DNA of 64,000 nucleotides from Trichoplax adhaerens (Eukaryota > Animalia > Placozoa): positions 7,317,388 to 7,381,387 of the forward strand of contig NW_002060944.1 in NCBI RefSeq assembly GCF_000150275.1, read 5' to 3'. Under the pieces are notes generated by a model that did not search any database, was not told the DNA's origin, and worked only from the letters and a program-made list of their open reading frames with translations. Below are positions 25,883 through 39,500 of this stretch, in pieces. Every line of letters starts with the position of its first letter. Positions within the stretch are counted from its first letter, which is position 1. Made by a program: the position numbers and the translations under genes.

Positions 25883-26725
25883 GGAGCTAATAGTGAAGCA
25901 CGTGCAGTGATGGAAGATGATAATCTAGGAAAAACGAAAAATGTGGAAAGTGTTACAATTACAATAGAGGATAAGGATTAAGGCAATGGGGCCTCAAAAT
26001 TTTAATGAAACATTAAGACAATACGAATAAACTAGAAAAGGGTATCAGTATAGAAGTGGCTCTTAAAAAATCAAATGAAAAGTCAAAGTTAAGAATGAAA
26101 AGGTATTTAGATATGTGTAAGTAACGATTAATTATATATAATTATCATCAAACGAATATCGCAGGAATCAACACTAATCGAGAGCATCGCCATATACAGA
26201 TCTAGATATATAGCATATTCATATCTAATTTTGTATAGATTTACTATGAAAGGTTATACTATGTTAATACACTAAAGCTCGGATAGAAAGTATCAAGTTT
26301 ATGAACTGTTTTAATTTTTAATAAGAAATTGTTTAGCGAAAAATTATCCTGTAGCTACTAAAATTAAACTAATACGGTGACAACATTTAAATCACTAATC
26401 CTAATTTAATTTCGTTTCTATTGGCAGAACGTTTAGTTACGAACTATTATTGTACATTAATGACTGATATGTCAAATTCTGTTACGCGCTATAAAAGTTT
26501 TATTAATATGCCATAAAATAAGCAAAACTATTGCATGTAAGATGGTAGCTATAAGTACTGCAATCTTATTTTTACATACTAATTTGAAAATCGTATTAAA
26601 ATTGTGGCATTTTGTAATTTTTTCAATACTTTATTTCTCAATTTCACTCCTATTATATAAGAATCTACCTGTTCATAGCTAACGCGAAATATAAATTTAC
26701 AAGTGACAAGTCTTAGAAGAAGACA

Positions 26726-27200
26726 NNNNNNNNNNNNNNNNNNNNNNNNNNNNNNNNNNNNNNNNNNNNNNNNNNNNNNNNNNNNNNNNNNNNNNNNNNN
26801 NNNNNNNNNNNNNNNNNNNNNNNNNNNNNNNNNNNNNNNNNNNNNNNNNNNNNNNNNNNNNNNNNNNNNNNNNNNNNNNNNNNNNNNNNNNNNNNNNNNN
26901 NNNNNNNNNNNNNNNNNNNNNNNNNNNNNNNNNNNNNNNNNNNNNNNNNNNNNNNNNNNNNNNNNNNNNNNNNNNNNNNNNNNNNNNNNNNNNNNNNNNN
27001 NNNNNNNNNNNNNNNNNNNNNNNNNNNNNNNNNNNNNNNNNNNNNNNNNNNNNNNNNNNNNNNNNNNNNNNNNNNNNNNNNNNNNNNNNNNNNNNNNNNN
27101 NNNNNNNNNNNNNNNNNNNNNNNNNNNNNNNNNNNNNNNNNNNNNNNNNNNNNNNNNNNNNNNNNNNNNNNNNNNNNNNNNNNNNNNNNNNNNNNNNNNN
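26726..27200. other. Assembly gap (475 N)
   Basis: Run of N. Confidence 1.
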
Positions 27201-30200
27201 TACACCATGTGTAATTGAATAGCAGCAATATTAAATTCACAAATGTCTACAACATTTGTGGCGTGAGACTAAAGACATCTCCCATTTTGGTAAAGTTTAC
27301 ATTAGAAAAGCTGTTACTGCATCATGAAATGATGCAAGAGTGTCCTAAATCAAACACAGGAGTATTTAAACTCTCTAGACTTTGTATAAATTACTAAATA
27401 CTATAACATATGATATTATACTACTTTGTTTGTACTGGAGCCTACGTACGGTATAAGTGTCTGCAATATATTGTAAGCTAAAATTTGCGACATAAGGAAA
27501 AAACTCGATACTTATGCTTTAATCTGCAAGACTACTTCCTAGCCTTCAATAACTGGAATCTTTATGAAGTGCACACAAACACACATCACAGTATAACACG
27601 CAAAACGCTTTTGTTGATCATTATCCGGCTTATATACTTTATTAGCCGTTTTGATCATACTTACTACGTTATAAGGATATTTTTAATAAGAAAGGTGTTA
27701 TTAAAAAGTTAAGCCATCACATATAGATATTTGAGGCAATAAACAATCTTATATATGAATTTATCTCGATTATAATTATTTACGAGCTCTATCGCTTCAA
27801 GTACTTATTTGAGATATATTACTATTCTGTCACGGTATCATAAGGATTTGCTCCTAAAGTAGCATTTCATACTTATAAGCAAGTTCAAAACAAAATGTTA
27901 TCTTAAACTATAAATCCATAGCTAAGTTATTTTTATGACTGTGATAGAGAAATACCATGCCTCTGGCTGAATAGTACGCGTAGTTTGAATAATAAAATTA
28001 TTGTTATATCCAAATTTCTGTCAGCTGGAAAAATATTGCAGATAAAAGAGGAAAGTATTATCAAGTAAATGCTGTTTCAGTTTGTCATCAAGATCAATAA
28101 ATCAAAACGATTCTGTTATTTATTTCCATTTGCAGAAGAGATCGTTTCATAAAACCAGCTTCCTAGATTAGATTATTTGGCTAATGACTGATTTTAGTAA
28201 AGTTTTACCAAATTATTCAAACATTTCAGTCTATGTTGTTGTCAAGATTAAAAGACGAATTCCATTAATTTTGATAAAAATTACATTGCAGCTAGCCCTT
28301 TTTCTAACTTTATAAGAATATCATGAAGGGAGTTGATTGTGGCTTCTTTTAGTTTCTTTCCTGTATACCCACAGAATATTGTACTGAATAATATGCTACA
28401 AATCATTTTTACTGCGAGAAATAATGGAACATTCATTGTATTATTAACCCCACACATGCAGAGACTATTTACAGCAAACTAATTATACGGCCTAGAATTA
28501 GAGTACCAGGGTGTTTGTTATAGTGCTATCTCACCGTGGAGAAGTTAGCGATGTTTAGTGATTTAGCTTTATTTAGATTACAAGATAGTTTTACTTTACA
28601 CGTCTTGTGGTGTATGTAGTTGTGACTAATTCACATTAGATTGTATATTATAACTTGATGATTCTGTGAATAGGTATATTGTAATCTAACAGTCTTGTGT
28701 TAGTTATCTGAGATCTATATTCTTAAATATTATCGTATTAATTAGGTATTTAGATATGCATCTATTGCTTGATTTTATAGGCGCTATTGATACTAATTGT
28801 AACTTCTAGCTAGTGGTAAAGGTATGCGTATATAAGGTGAGCATTTTATATAATGAAGCTAGTTTTAATTTTTAGTGCTTAACGTAATGTTAGAACGTAC
28901 AAAACACTGAGAATCTGTAGAATTAGGAATTAGTGTCCCTAATTGGTTCTTAAACGGATTTTAGTAACCTAATACGTAATTCAGGGAGAAGATTTGTAGG
29001 ATTAGCTTTATCTTTATCTCATTACAGAGCTGGTTTGTGATGGTGTTATACATGATATCCGATAGCTTATGCCAGGATAAAGTTAATACAAACTAAAAAG
29101 AATTATTCTACGGTCGAGAAGGACTGAATGAGTATTCAGTCCTAGTATGGACTTTCATACCTAGCGAGTTCATTTAGAAGAATGAATTTCAAAGTAGATT
29201 CGGATTATCAATTATTTCATATGGATATGCACATACTGCATAAAGAGCTACAATCAGCTCATCATAAGGTAGTTACTATAGATTAATTACTTCATGACTT
29301 TACTTAATATAAGCATTGCAGTAATAATAGTAAATCCGATGTTTTGCCCGGAAGATCCTTAACAATTGTAAAATGTTGAACCCCTGGCTCGAATTTTACT
29401 GATAAGGAAATAGAAATCGCTTTGACGTCTTACAAATCAATAAGAGGACTCATCGGCCAAGATCGTGTCCTGATAAAGCTAGGTTTTATTGAGGGTTCGG
29501 AAGGCATACAGATGTAAAAAGGACTAAAGGAGCATCAAATAGCTTAAAAGTACATAAAGACTAAAATATCGAAATTACCCAGTTTATTGGGCACTCATAC
29601 AGCTGCTTACAAACAAAATAAAAGTACATTGGCAGATATATAAGCCGACCATTCCTGCCATAAAAATGGTTCTAGTTTAGACTGCACTACTGTACATAGA
29701 AGCGCAGTAGGTAGCAGTTCTTAGGTTACGTAAGTGGACGTAATTTAAACTGACTAAACTAATACTAAATTGAGAAGAATGAATACGTCCTAATATGTGA
29801 CTATCGCCCTAAAGGAATGAATCAAAAATCGTACCTAAGGTAACTGTATATAAAAGCTCTTTGATAGCAAGTTATACATTACGTATTTCAGTAGGAAAAG
29901 AATAGGATAATGACTTTGACAACGCCCTGGGCCTTTGATTATATTACATTTAGAATATGGAGAGTAGACTCCCGCACAGATCCAAAATTTCAATGTCTTA
30001 ATGCAAGAAGGCGATTGTCAGTTGTCCATCATGGCTCTGCACGATATCACATCTAAACACACCTGTAAAGTAATTAAGACTACAAGTCTAGACATAGAAG
30101 AAAAAAGTTATTAAACTAAACGAATATTAGAATGTCTTAATACAATAATGCTTCTTGGATAATTATACAGCTCTGTTTATAGCTAATAATATTTTTAGCG

Positions 30201-30435
30201 AAAGCAACAATCCAACGGTCGCTTCGATTCATCCCACGGCTGCTATTTATTGACTGCATAATTGCTGTATCTGAAGACTACTGGAAACGAGCTCGAAAAG
30301 CAAAGTAGTTTAATTACTGATTTAGATCTTTATCAAAGTATGATGTATTAATGAAGATGATAAAAGACCTAGTTAGTTTTGTTTTACTAATCTCTTAATT
30401 TTAGGAAAGCTCTGATCAAATTATGCTAATTGGAA

Positions 30436-30532
30436 ATGGAGAAAAGTATTTCAACTAGAGTCTCATCGTCATTGCTTTGGCTACTGATTTACTCGCTCTT
30501 GATAACCTCATTTCAGTATAGTAAAACGCTAG
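30436..30532 (+). CDS. Gene B first coding exon, signal peptide [32 protein letters not shown](G)
   Basis: 97 nt, CTAG|GTAAG, equivalent to 3382-3478. The next 66-nt exon (30866-30931, GDILNSNEV...AD) matches 4766-4831 (GDIQNSNVL...AD). Confidence 0.82.
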
Positions 30533-33500
30533 GTAAGATCTAAAATTTTAAAATACTTATTAGAAATTATCAAAAACCTTAATCATGATATAATCAAGTA
30601 ACTACACTGAAAAAGATTGTAAGTACAAATAAATAAATTTTAGTCATCATCTACGTTATATCTGCAGCTAAAGTTTGCAAAGCTAATCCCCATTAATCTT
30701 AGTCGTAAAAATTAATTTTTAAAGATTATTTTAATACCAAATTCTAAACATAAGCTATAATTAAATTAATGATTAGTCGTTTACTATGGTTAAGAGCGTA
30801 CTTAGATGTAATCAATTTTAAATTGTTGCTTCTTTGACTACCTTATTTATGTTGGCTGTCATCAGGCGATATCTTAAATTCGAATGAAGTTCACAGTGAA
30901 TTGGTTATTCAATCAAATGAAAACGCCGATGGTTAGTATGATAGTAAATCAAATATTCCTCTACCATTTATTTACGTTATATGTACATGTCAATGTACTA
31001 TACGTACAGTCGATTTAATTTTTGAAAGGTTAGAAATACGAAAGATTTGATTCTCATTTGTAAGATTAAACTCGATTTGAAATATTGTGCTGTGTTACTG
31101 TAAGTTTCAATCAAGTCGAATGCGTCTTTCTAATTTTATTCCTGATCAATCACATAACCGCCTTTCATTTCAACCATTATGCAATTGATAGCTTTTATCT
31201 AGCAGCTTATGCTACTCTGAAGCATTAAATAGAAACTGTATGATTTTATTACTCAAATATCCTTCCTTATTAACTGCCGTTTGCTCAATTATAAATATTT
31301 TACTCGTAGTTAATAAAGCCTGAAGGGACCAAATATTTAGTGCTATTTGTATTACTTCTACTAGCGTTGATTTAAACATTTTCTTGTTTATTTAGATTTT
31401 CTAAACGATTTTAGAAGATCATACTGTATTGATCTGATGAAACTCGCTATTAATCTCTGTATCCTATAGACTAACTCCTTTATTACAATTGTTATACTTG
31501 TATAGTATCAGAATACCGATTAGTATCATCCTCATTAGCGGACGAAAAGCAGACAATTACGAATGTTATATCATTAACAGGTTAGATATTATGTTCATAT
31601 ATGAGATTATATCGAATATTGACTATATGCTGTTACGACTAAATGTGGTATACTGTATGCGCGTATACTCTAAGTATATTGAGAGTTTGACGTAGAAAGT
31701 ACGATAAATTAAGCTACACGTGATCAATACACGCATATATCTTAATTAGTATACAGTATACTGTAGTGAATATGATAATATTAAACCGTTCAGTGACATC
31801 CTATGAAAGTTATCGACCATCTTATTTATTTTAAGATGCACTGGCATCGACAATAGTACCTGCAATTCATAGGGTTAATACTGTAATTACAGCCAGTCAT
31901 CAAGTTAATATATCCGTATCGATTGAAGATAAACCAGCAATACTGTATAATCATTGAAGGAAAGACAATGAGCGCGAGCATAATATCATCAATAAGTTAC
32001 TAGACATCGTGAAAAGTGATATATTTATTGTAGTACATAAGGGATTTTAAATATAAAATAACACAAATCAATTTCTTGCATAGTTAGTATTTTTAATTCA
32101 TAAAACATATTTATAAATACGGATATTCCTTTATAGAACATGGCGATATCGAATTATCTACCCAAACTCTGTCAACATTATCATCGAACAATGATATTAT
32201 TACAAGTGCCACTACCTATAGTAGCTTCCAACTGCAAATAGGCGATGTAAATACCCAATCATCCAATGATATACCATCTTTATTACAAGATGTAAAGGCA
32301 TCGTCAGTAATATCGTTAGAGATAGATAGTCGAATTATAACAGAAATAATTACAGTAAATCAACAAGTTAGTACATTTGCAACGTCGAAAAATCACTTAA
32401 AATCATCATCATTGGAAAACACTCTAATAAGTACGACTGCAACGTTAACAGGTTAGAGGTTGTACTCATACATAATATTAATACATGGATATTAAATACG
32501 TACTGAAGTGAATAGAAATTAATAGTTGATACCTAAGCATATCGTAAATGTTTGTTAAAAAAGTGAGTTAGCATTTATAAATAATGCTGCGTAAAGATAT
32601 AAAAAATATGAAAATATTTATACTTACGTATACTATTTAACTTTCAGACTATGATACTATTGAAAAATCTAGCGATATTCTGTCGACGCTATCGCCGAAC
32701 ATTATTACAAGCTCGCCTATCTACGATAGTCTCCAGTCGCAAACAAGCTATGTATCTGCTTACTCAGTCGATACTAGTGTTAGTCGTATAATATCTTTAT
32801 TACAAGATATACTTACGTCGACAATAACGTTAACAGAGATAGAAAGTCAAAGTGCGACGTCGTTAGTTATATCAAGTCAACAAGTAAGTACTCTTATAAC
32901 GTCGAAAGATCTCTTAGAGTCATCATTACTAGAGAATAGACAAGAAACTACATCTATGTTATCGTCGACAGGTTAGAGATTATACTACATGCATATCAGA
33001 ATGTATAGACGCTGTAACGCGTGTATAAATAGTTATAGCTAACTTAAAATAGATATATACGATTAACGTAGTATTACAGAAATATAATAATAATACGCGT
33101 TTTCTACGTATATCGTAATATACTCTATAGCTTACGACGACGAAGAAGATAATACGGAAACGTCTAACGATATTCTATCGACGCTATCGTCGAACATTAT
33201 TACAAGCTCGCCTATCTACGATAGTCTCCAGTCGCAAACAAGCTATGTATCTGCTTACTCAGTCGATACTAGTGTTAGTCGTATAATATCTTTATTACAA
33301 GATATACTTACGTCGACAATAACGTTAACAGAGATAGAAAGTCAAAGTGCGACGTCGTTAGTTATATCAAGTCAACAAGTAAGTACTCTTATAACGTCGA
33401 AAGATCTCTTAGAGTCATCATTACTAGAGAATAGACAAGAAACTACATCTATGTTATCGTCGACAGGTTAGAGATTATACTAAATACTATCAGAGTGTAT

Positions 33501-36500
33501 AGACGCTGTAACGTGTGTATAAATAGCTATAGCTAACTTAAAATAGATATATACGATTAACGTAGTATTACAGAAATATAATAATAATACGCGTTTTCTA
33601 CGTATATCGTAATATACTCTATAGCTTACGACGACGAAGAAGATAATACTGAAACATCTAACGATATTCTATCGACGCTATCGTCGAACATTATTACAAG
33701 CTCGCCTATCTACGATAGTCTCCAGTCGCAAACAAGCTATGTATCTGCTTACTCAGTCGATACTAGTGTTAGTCGTATAATATCTTTATTACAAGATATA
33801 CTTACGTCGACAATAACGTTAACAGAGATAGAAAGTCAAAGTGCGACGTCGTTAGTTATATCAAGTCAACAAGTAAGTACTCTTATAACGTCGAAAGATC
33901 TCTTAGAGTCATCATTACTAGAGAATAGACAAGAAACTATATCTATGTTATCGTCGACAGGTTAGCGATTATACTAAATACATATTAGAATGTATAGACG
34001 CTGTAACGTGTGTATAAATAGCTATAGCTAACTTAAAATAGATATATACGATTAACGTAGTATTACAGAAATATAATAATAATACGCATTTTCTACGTAT
34101 ATCGTAATATACTCTATAGCTTACGACGACGAAGAAGATAATACTGAAACATTTAACGATATTCTATCGACGCTATCGCCGAACATTATTACAAGCTCAC
34201 CTATCTACGATAGTCTCCAATCGCAAATAAGCTATGTATCTGCTTACTCAGTCGATACTAGTGTTAGTCGTATAATAACGTTAACAGAGATAGAAAGTCA
34301 AAGTGCGACGTCGTTAGCTATATCAAGTCAACAAGTAAGCACTCTTATAACGTCGAAAGATCTCTTGGAGTCATCATTACTAGAGAATAGACAAGAAACT
34401 ACATCTATGTTATCGTCGACAGGTTAGAGATTATACTAAATACATATTAGAATGTATAGACGCTGTAACGTGTGTATAAATAGCTATATAGATATATACG
34501 ATTAACGTAGTATTACAGAAATATAATAATAATACGCGTTTTCTACGTATATCGTAATATACTCTATAGCTTACGACGACGAAGAAGATAATACTGAAAC
34601 ATTTAACGATATTCTATCGACGCTATCGTCGAACATTATTACAAGCTCGCCTATCTACGATAGTCTCCAGTCGCAAACAAGCTATGTATCTGCTTACTCA
34701 GTCGATACTAGTGTTAGTCGTATAATATCTTTATTACAAGATATACTTACGTCGACAATAACGTTAACAGAGATAGAAAATCAAAGTGCGACGTCGTTAG
34801 TTATATCAAGTCAACAAGTAAGTACTCTTATAACGTCGAAAGATCTCTTAGAGTCATCATTACTAGAGAATAGACAAGAAACTACATCTATGTTATCGTC
34901 GACAGGTTAGAGATTATACTAAATACTTATCAGAATGTAAAGACGCTGTAACGTGTGTATAAATAGCTATAGCTAACTTAAAATAGATATATACGATTAA
35001 CGTAGTATTACAGAAATATAATAATAATACGCGTTTTCTACGTATATCGTAATATACTCTATAGCTTACGACGACGAAGAAGATAATACTGAAACATCTA
35101 ACGATATTCTATCGACGCTATCGCCGAACATTATTACAAGCTCGCCTATCTACGATAGTCTCCAGTCGCAAACAAGCTATGTATCTGCTTACTCAGTCGA
35201 TACTAGTGTTAGTCGTATAATCTCTTTATTACAAGATATACTTACGTCGACAATAACGTTAACAGAGATAGAAAATCAAAGTGCGACGTCGTTAGTTATA
35301 TCAAGTCAACAAGTAAGTACTCTTATAACGTCGAAAGATCTCTTAGAGTCATCATTACTAGAGAATAGACAAGAAACTACATCTATGTTATCGTCGACAG
35401 GTTAGAGATTATACTAAATACTTATCAGAATGTATAGACGCTGTAACGTGTGTATAAATAGCTATAGCTAACTTAAAATAGATATATACGATTAACGTAG
35501 TATTACAGAAATATAATAATAATACGCGTTTTCTACGTATATCGTAATATACTCTATAGCTTACGACGACGAAGAAGATAATACTGAAACATTTAACGAT
35601 ATTCTATCGACGCTATCGCCGAACATTATTACAAGCTCGCCTATCTACGATAGTCTCCAGTCGCAAACAAGCTATGTATCTGCTTACTCAGTCGATACTA
35701 GTGTTAGTCGTATAATCTCTTTATTACAAGATATACTTACGTCGACAATAACGTTAACAGAGATAGAAAATCAAAGTGCGACGTCGTTAGTTATATCAAG
35801 TCAACAACTTAGTACGCTTGTGACATCGGAAGATCAATCAGTATTATCATTTCAAGAAAGACCATACTCATCAGGTTTGAATTTACCGTAAGATGTTTAT
35901 ATTGCTATTAAACTAAGTTTTTACGCTTAATTGTTAGAAAATATATAAGAAATTTTTCTGCATGCATATTTTTGTTGCTCTTTAGGATATTATAAGATGT
36001 CAGTACTATAAAAGTAAATAAGTAGAAATTACCTTATAGCAATGCTCATTTCTAAGCGTTTTTCTAATAAAATTAATCACAAATAGCTTTTTAGGAAATA
36101 TTTCTTAGTCAATAATAACACTATGGTTTAATACTATTGATTGTATATTTAATTTTAGAGATTACTGGATTTTCCGAAAAAACTCTACCTCCATCGTTAT
36201 CAACGATCAATATTATTGAAAGCTCTATTGTTTTCAAAGATTTTCAAGTTAAAAGTGGTAACGTTAGCTTATTAACACCATCGACTAGCGTACTATCATC
36301 ATTATTGCAAGATACGAAGACATTGGTATTTACTCCAACATCAGACATATTCCATTACTCAGACACTAGTAGCAGTTTCCTTGTTGCTGATTCTTCAATG
36401 ACTTCGATACCAATTGCTACCTATTCTTTATATTCTAGTAGAAATAGTCCATCTAGCGAATTGCGGAGCTCGATTCAATCTTCTACAGATAGCATTTTGG

Positions 36501-39500
36501 CTACTTCAATTCAACAATCCATGCTTACCATGATTTCGTCATCGACTCGTATATCCTCATATTTATTTTCAGATGTTAGCAGTCTGATGAAATACCCGAA
36601 TTCGGTAAAACTTGATCAAGTTATCACTTTTTCTACCCCGCAATCTGAATTTTCCACTGTATCGGAAATGTATACCACTTCGACAGGGCTCAGCCTTGAT
36701 AGTAGTTTTGCTTTTTCCCTACTTCAATCTGAGTATTCGATTGTATCATCATCTTATTTATCAATATTTAGCAGTAAAACAGGATTACTAAGCTCCATCT
36801 ATTCTTCTGCGCTAATAACTCCCGACATCTTTTCGACTACTCCAATCCAAAGATCAGAGCTGAAGCTTACCTCGACACTAACTTTAGATAGCTTGATCAA
36901 ATCTTCGATTGAGCCACCCCATGATATTGTTTCTACCACTCCAGAATTTTCCATTTCGACTACTTCTATATATTATCCTACAAGATTTAATAAGAGTTCA
37001 TCTTTCATCGATCTGCTAATCTCTGCAAAGCCTTCTTTATCATCAGATTTAGTTACGTCGATTTCATTGTCAGAGTATTCAATCATTTCTCTATCAATTA
37101 ATCAAAGTTTATCACATTCATACGATTTTATTTCCAATACCTTTTTATCCAGTATGCCATTGGCAATTTCATCACCATCCTTTTCTAAATATTCGATGAC
37201 ACTCTCAAGTTTAGGTATTGTATCAGTAGTTTGACTGTAGAGTCTACAGTAGATGTAAAATACAACTCTTTAAATCGTGTGAAATCATTGAATGCACTCA
37301 TGTATTATACTCAAATTTGACTGATTCTCTCATATATGACGTAGCTACAGACTTGGTATCCTTTCATTCAAATATCATCTCTTCTGAAGGATCCATTACC
37401 GTTATTTCCACAAGTATTGAGACAAGTTATCCTTCTACTACCTATGTGGTACATCCAATACTATTGGAATCAACAACTATTGCACCGTCGACTACTTCAG
37501 AAGGTAAACAATAGTGATTCTAACTCTATACGACAATATTCGCTTATATTGTATCTCTTTCATGAGAAAATGAGCTGTGCATTGACCTCATACTAATCCT
37601 ACCTCTATAACTTCAGTAACCTCCTCAAGGCTACCTGATATCTACGATTGTTCGATAAATACCAATTTATGCCATTCTAAAGCAGACTGTATTAATACTT
37701 CTGGATTATACAATTGCTTATGCCGTTCGGGATTTACAGGAAATGGAACTTATTGCGCAGGTGATTTAGCTATTATATCTACAACGTTGCAGATTTTAGT
37801 TCTACGTATTTGTTACACTGCTCTATTCTTACAGAATGATTCTCATATTACAAATCGCTACGGCATCATTTTACATTAGATATAGACGAATGTGCAAAAA
37901 ACCAACATGAATGTCCTAATAGATCTGTATGCATTAATAACATTGGATCTTACCAATGCCAATGCATGAGCGGATTTTCGGGTAACGGCACGCTTTGCGA
38001 AGGTAAAAATATTGCATATTGTCTCCTATTTCTTGCTACTCAAACGATTGATTATTAGTATGACTCTCAGATAAACTAACATCACTACTCTACATTAGAT
38101 ATAGATGAATGCACAATGAACCAATATCGATGTCATAATAAATCTATGTGTATTAATATCATTGGATCTTATCAATGCCAATGCATAAAGGGATTTTCGG
38201 GCAACGGCACATTTTGTGAAGGTAAAAACATATTATCTTATATTATTAATTTGCTTACTATGCTAATAATTGATTGTTAATATGATTTTTGGACGAAAAA
38301 TTTACATTATTCAATATTAGATATAAATGAATGCGTGATAAATGAAGATAGATGTCATAATAGATCTATATGTATAAATAACATTGGATCTTATCAGTGT
38401 CAATGCATAAACGGATTTTCGGGTAACGGCACATTTTGTGACGGTAAGGTTTTATCATACTCCATTAATTTACTTATTTATATGATCGAAAATAAACTTA
38501 ATTCTTATACGATCGATACTATTCTATATCAGATAAAGATGAATGTGCATTAAACCAACATGGGTGTCATAATAGATCTATATGTATTAATACCATTGGA
38601 TCTTACCAATGCCAATGTATGAATGGATTTTCGGGTAACGGCACGCTTTGTGAAGGTAAAGATATAGTATCTTTTGTTAATTTGTCCTCTACTCAGATAA
38701 TCGACTTTTAATGTGAATTACAGGTAAACTAACATTACTCTTTTACATCAGATATAGATGAATGCGCAATAAACCAACATGAATGCCATAATAGATCTAT
38801 ATGTATAAATAACATTGGATCTTATCAATGCCAATGCATAAACGGATTTTCGGATAACGGCACGTTTTGTGAAGGTAAAAATATATTGTTTTTTATTAAT
38901 TTGCCCGTTATTCGAATAATTAATTTTTAATATGATTCTCAGATAGTCTAACATTACTAATCTACATTAGACATAGACGAATGTGCATTAAACCAACATG
39001 GATGTCATAATAAATCTATATGTATAAATAACATTGGATCTTATCAATGTCAATGCATAAACGGATTTTCGGGTAATGGCACATTTTGTGAAGGTAAGGT
39101 TTTGTTATACTCTACTGATTTACTCATTTATTCAAATGATCGGAAGTAAACTTGGTTCTAAGATGAATTACCGATACTATTCTACATTAGATATAGACGA
39201 ATGTCTGGCTAATGAACATAGATGTCATAATAGATCTATATGTATTAATAACATTGGATCCTATCAATGCCAGTGCATAAACGGATTTTCGGGTAACGGC
39301 ACGCTTTGTGAAGGTAAAATGTGTTTATCTTTTATTAATTTGCTTATTATTCTAATAAGCGATTATTTAAGTTGTTAATATGATTCTTAGACGAATTATC
39401 AATATTTTTCTACATTAGATATAGACGAATGTGTAACAAATGCACATGGATGTCATAATAGATCTATATGTATAAATAACATTGGATCTTATCAATGCCA

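Noticed and set aside
26579-27240. Three long ORFs across the N run
   Set aside because: Artefacts of translating the assembly gap.
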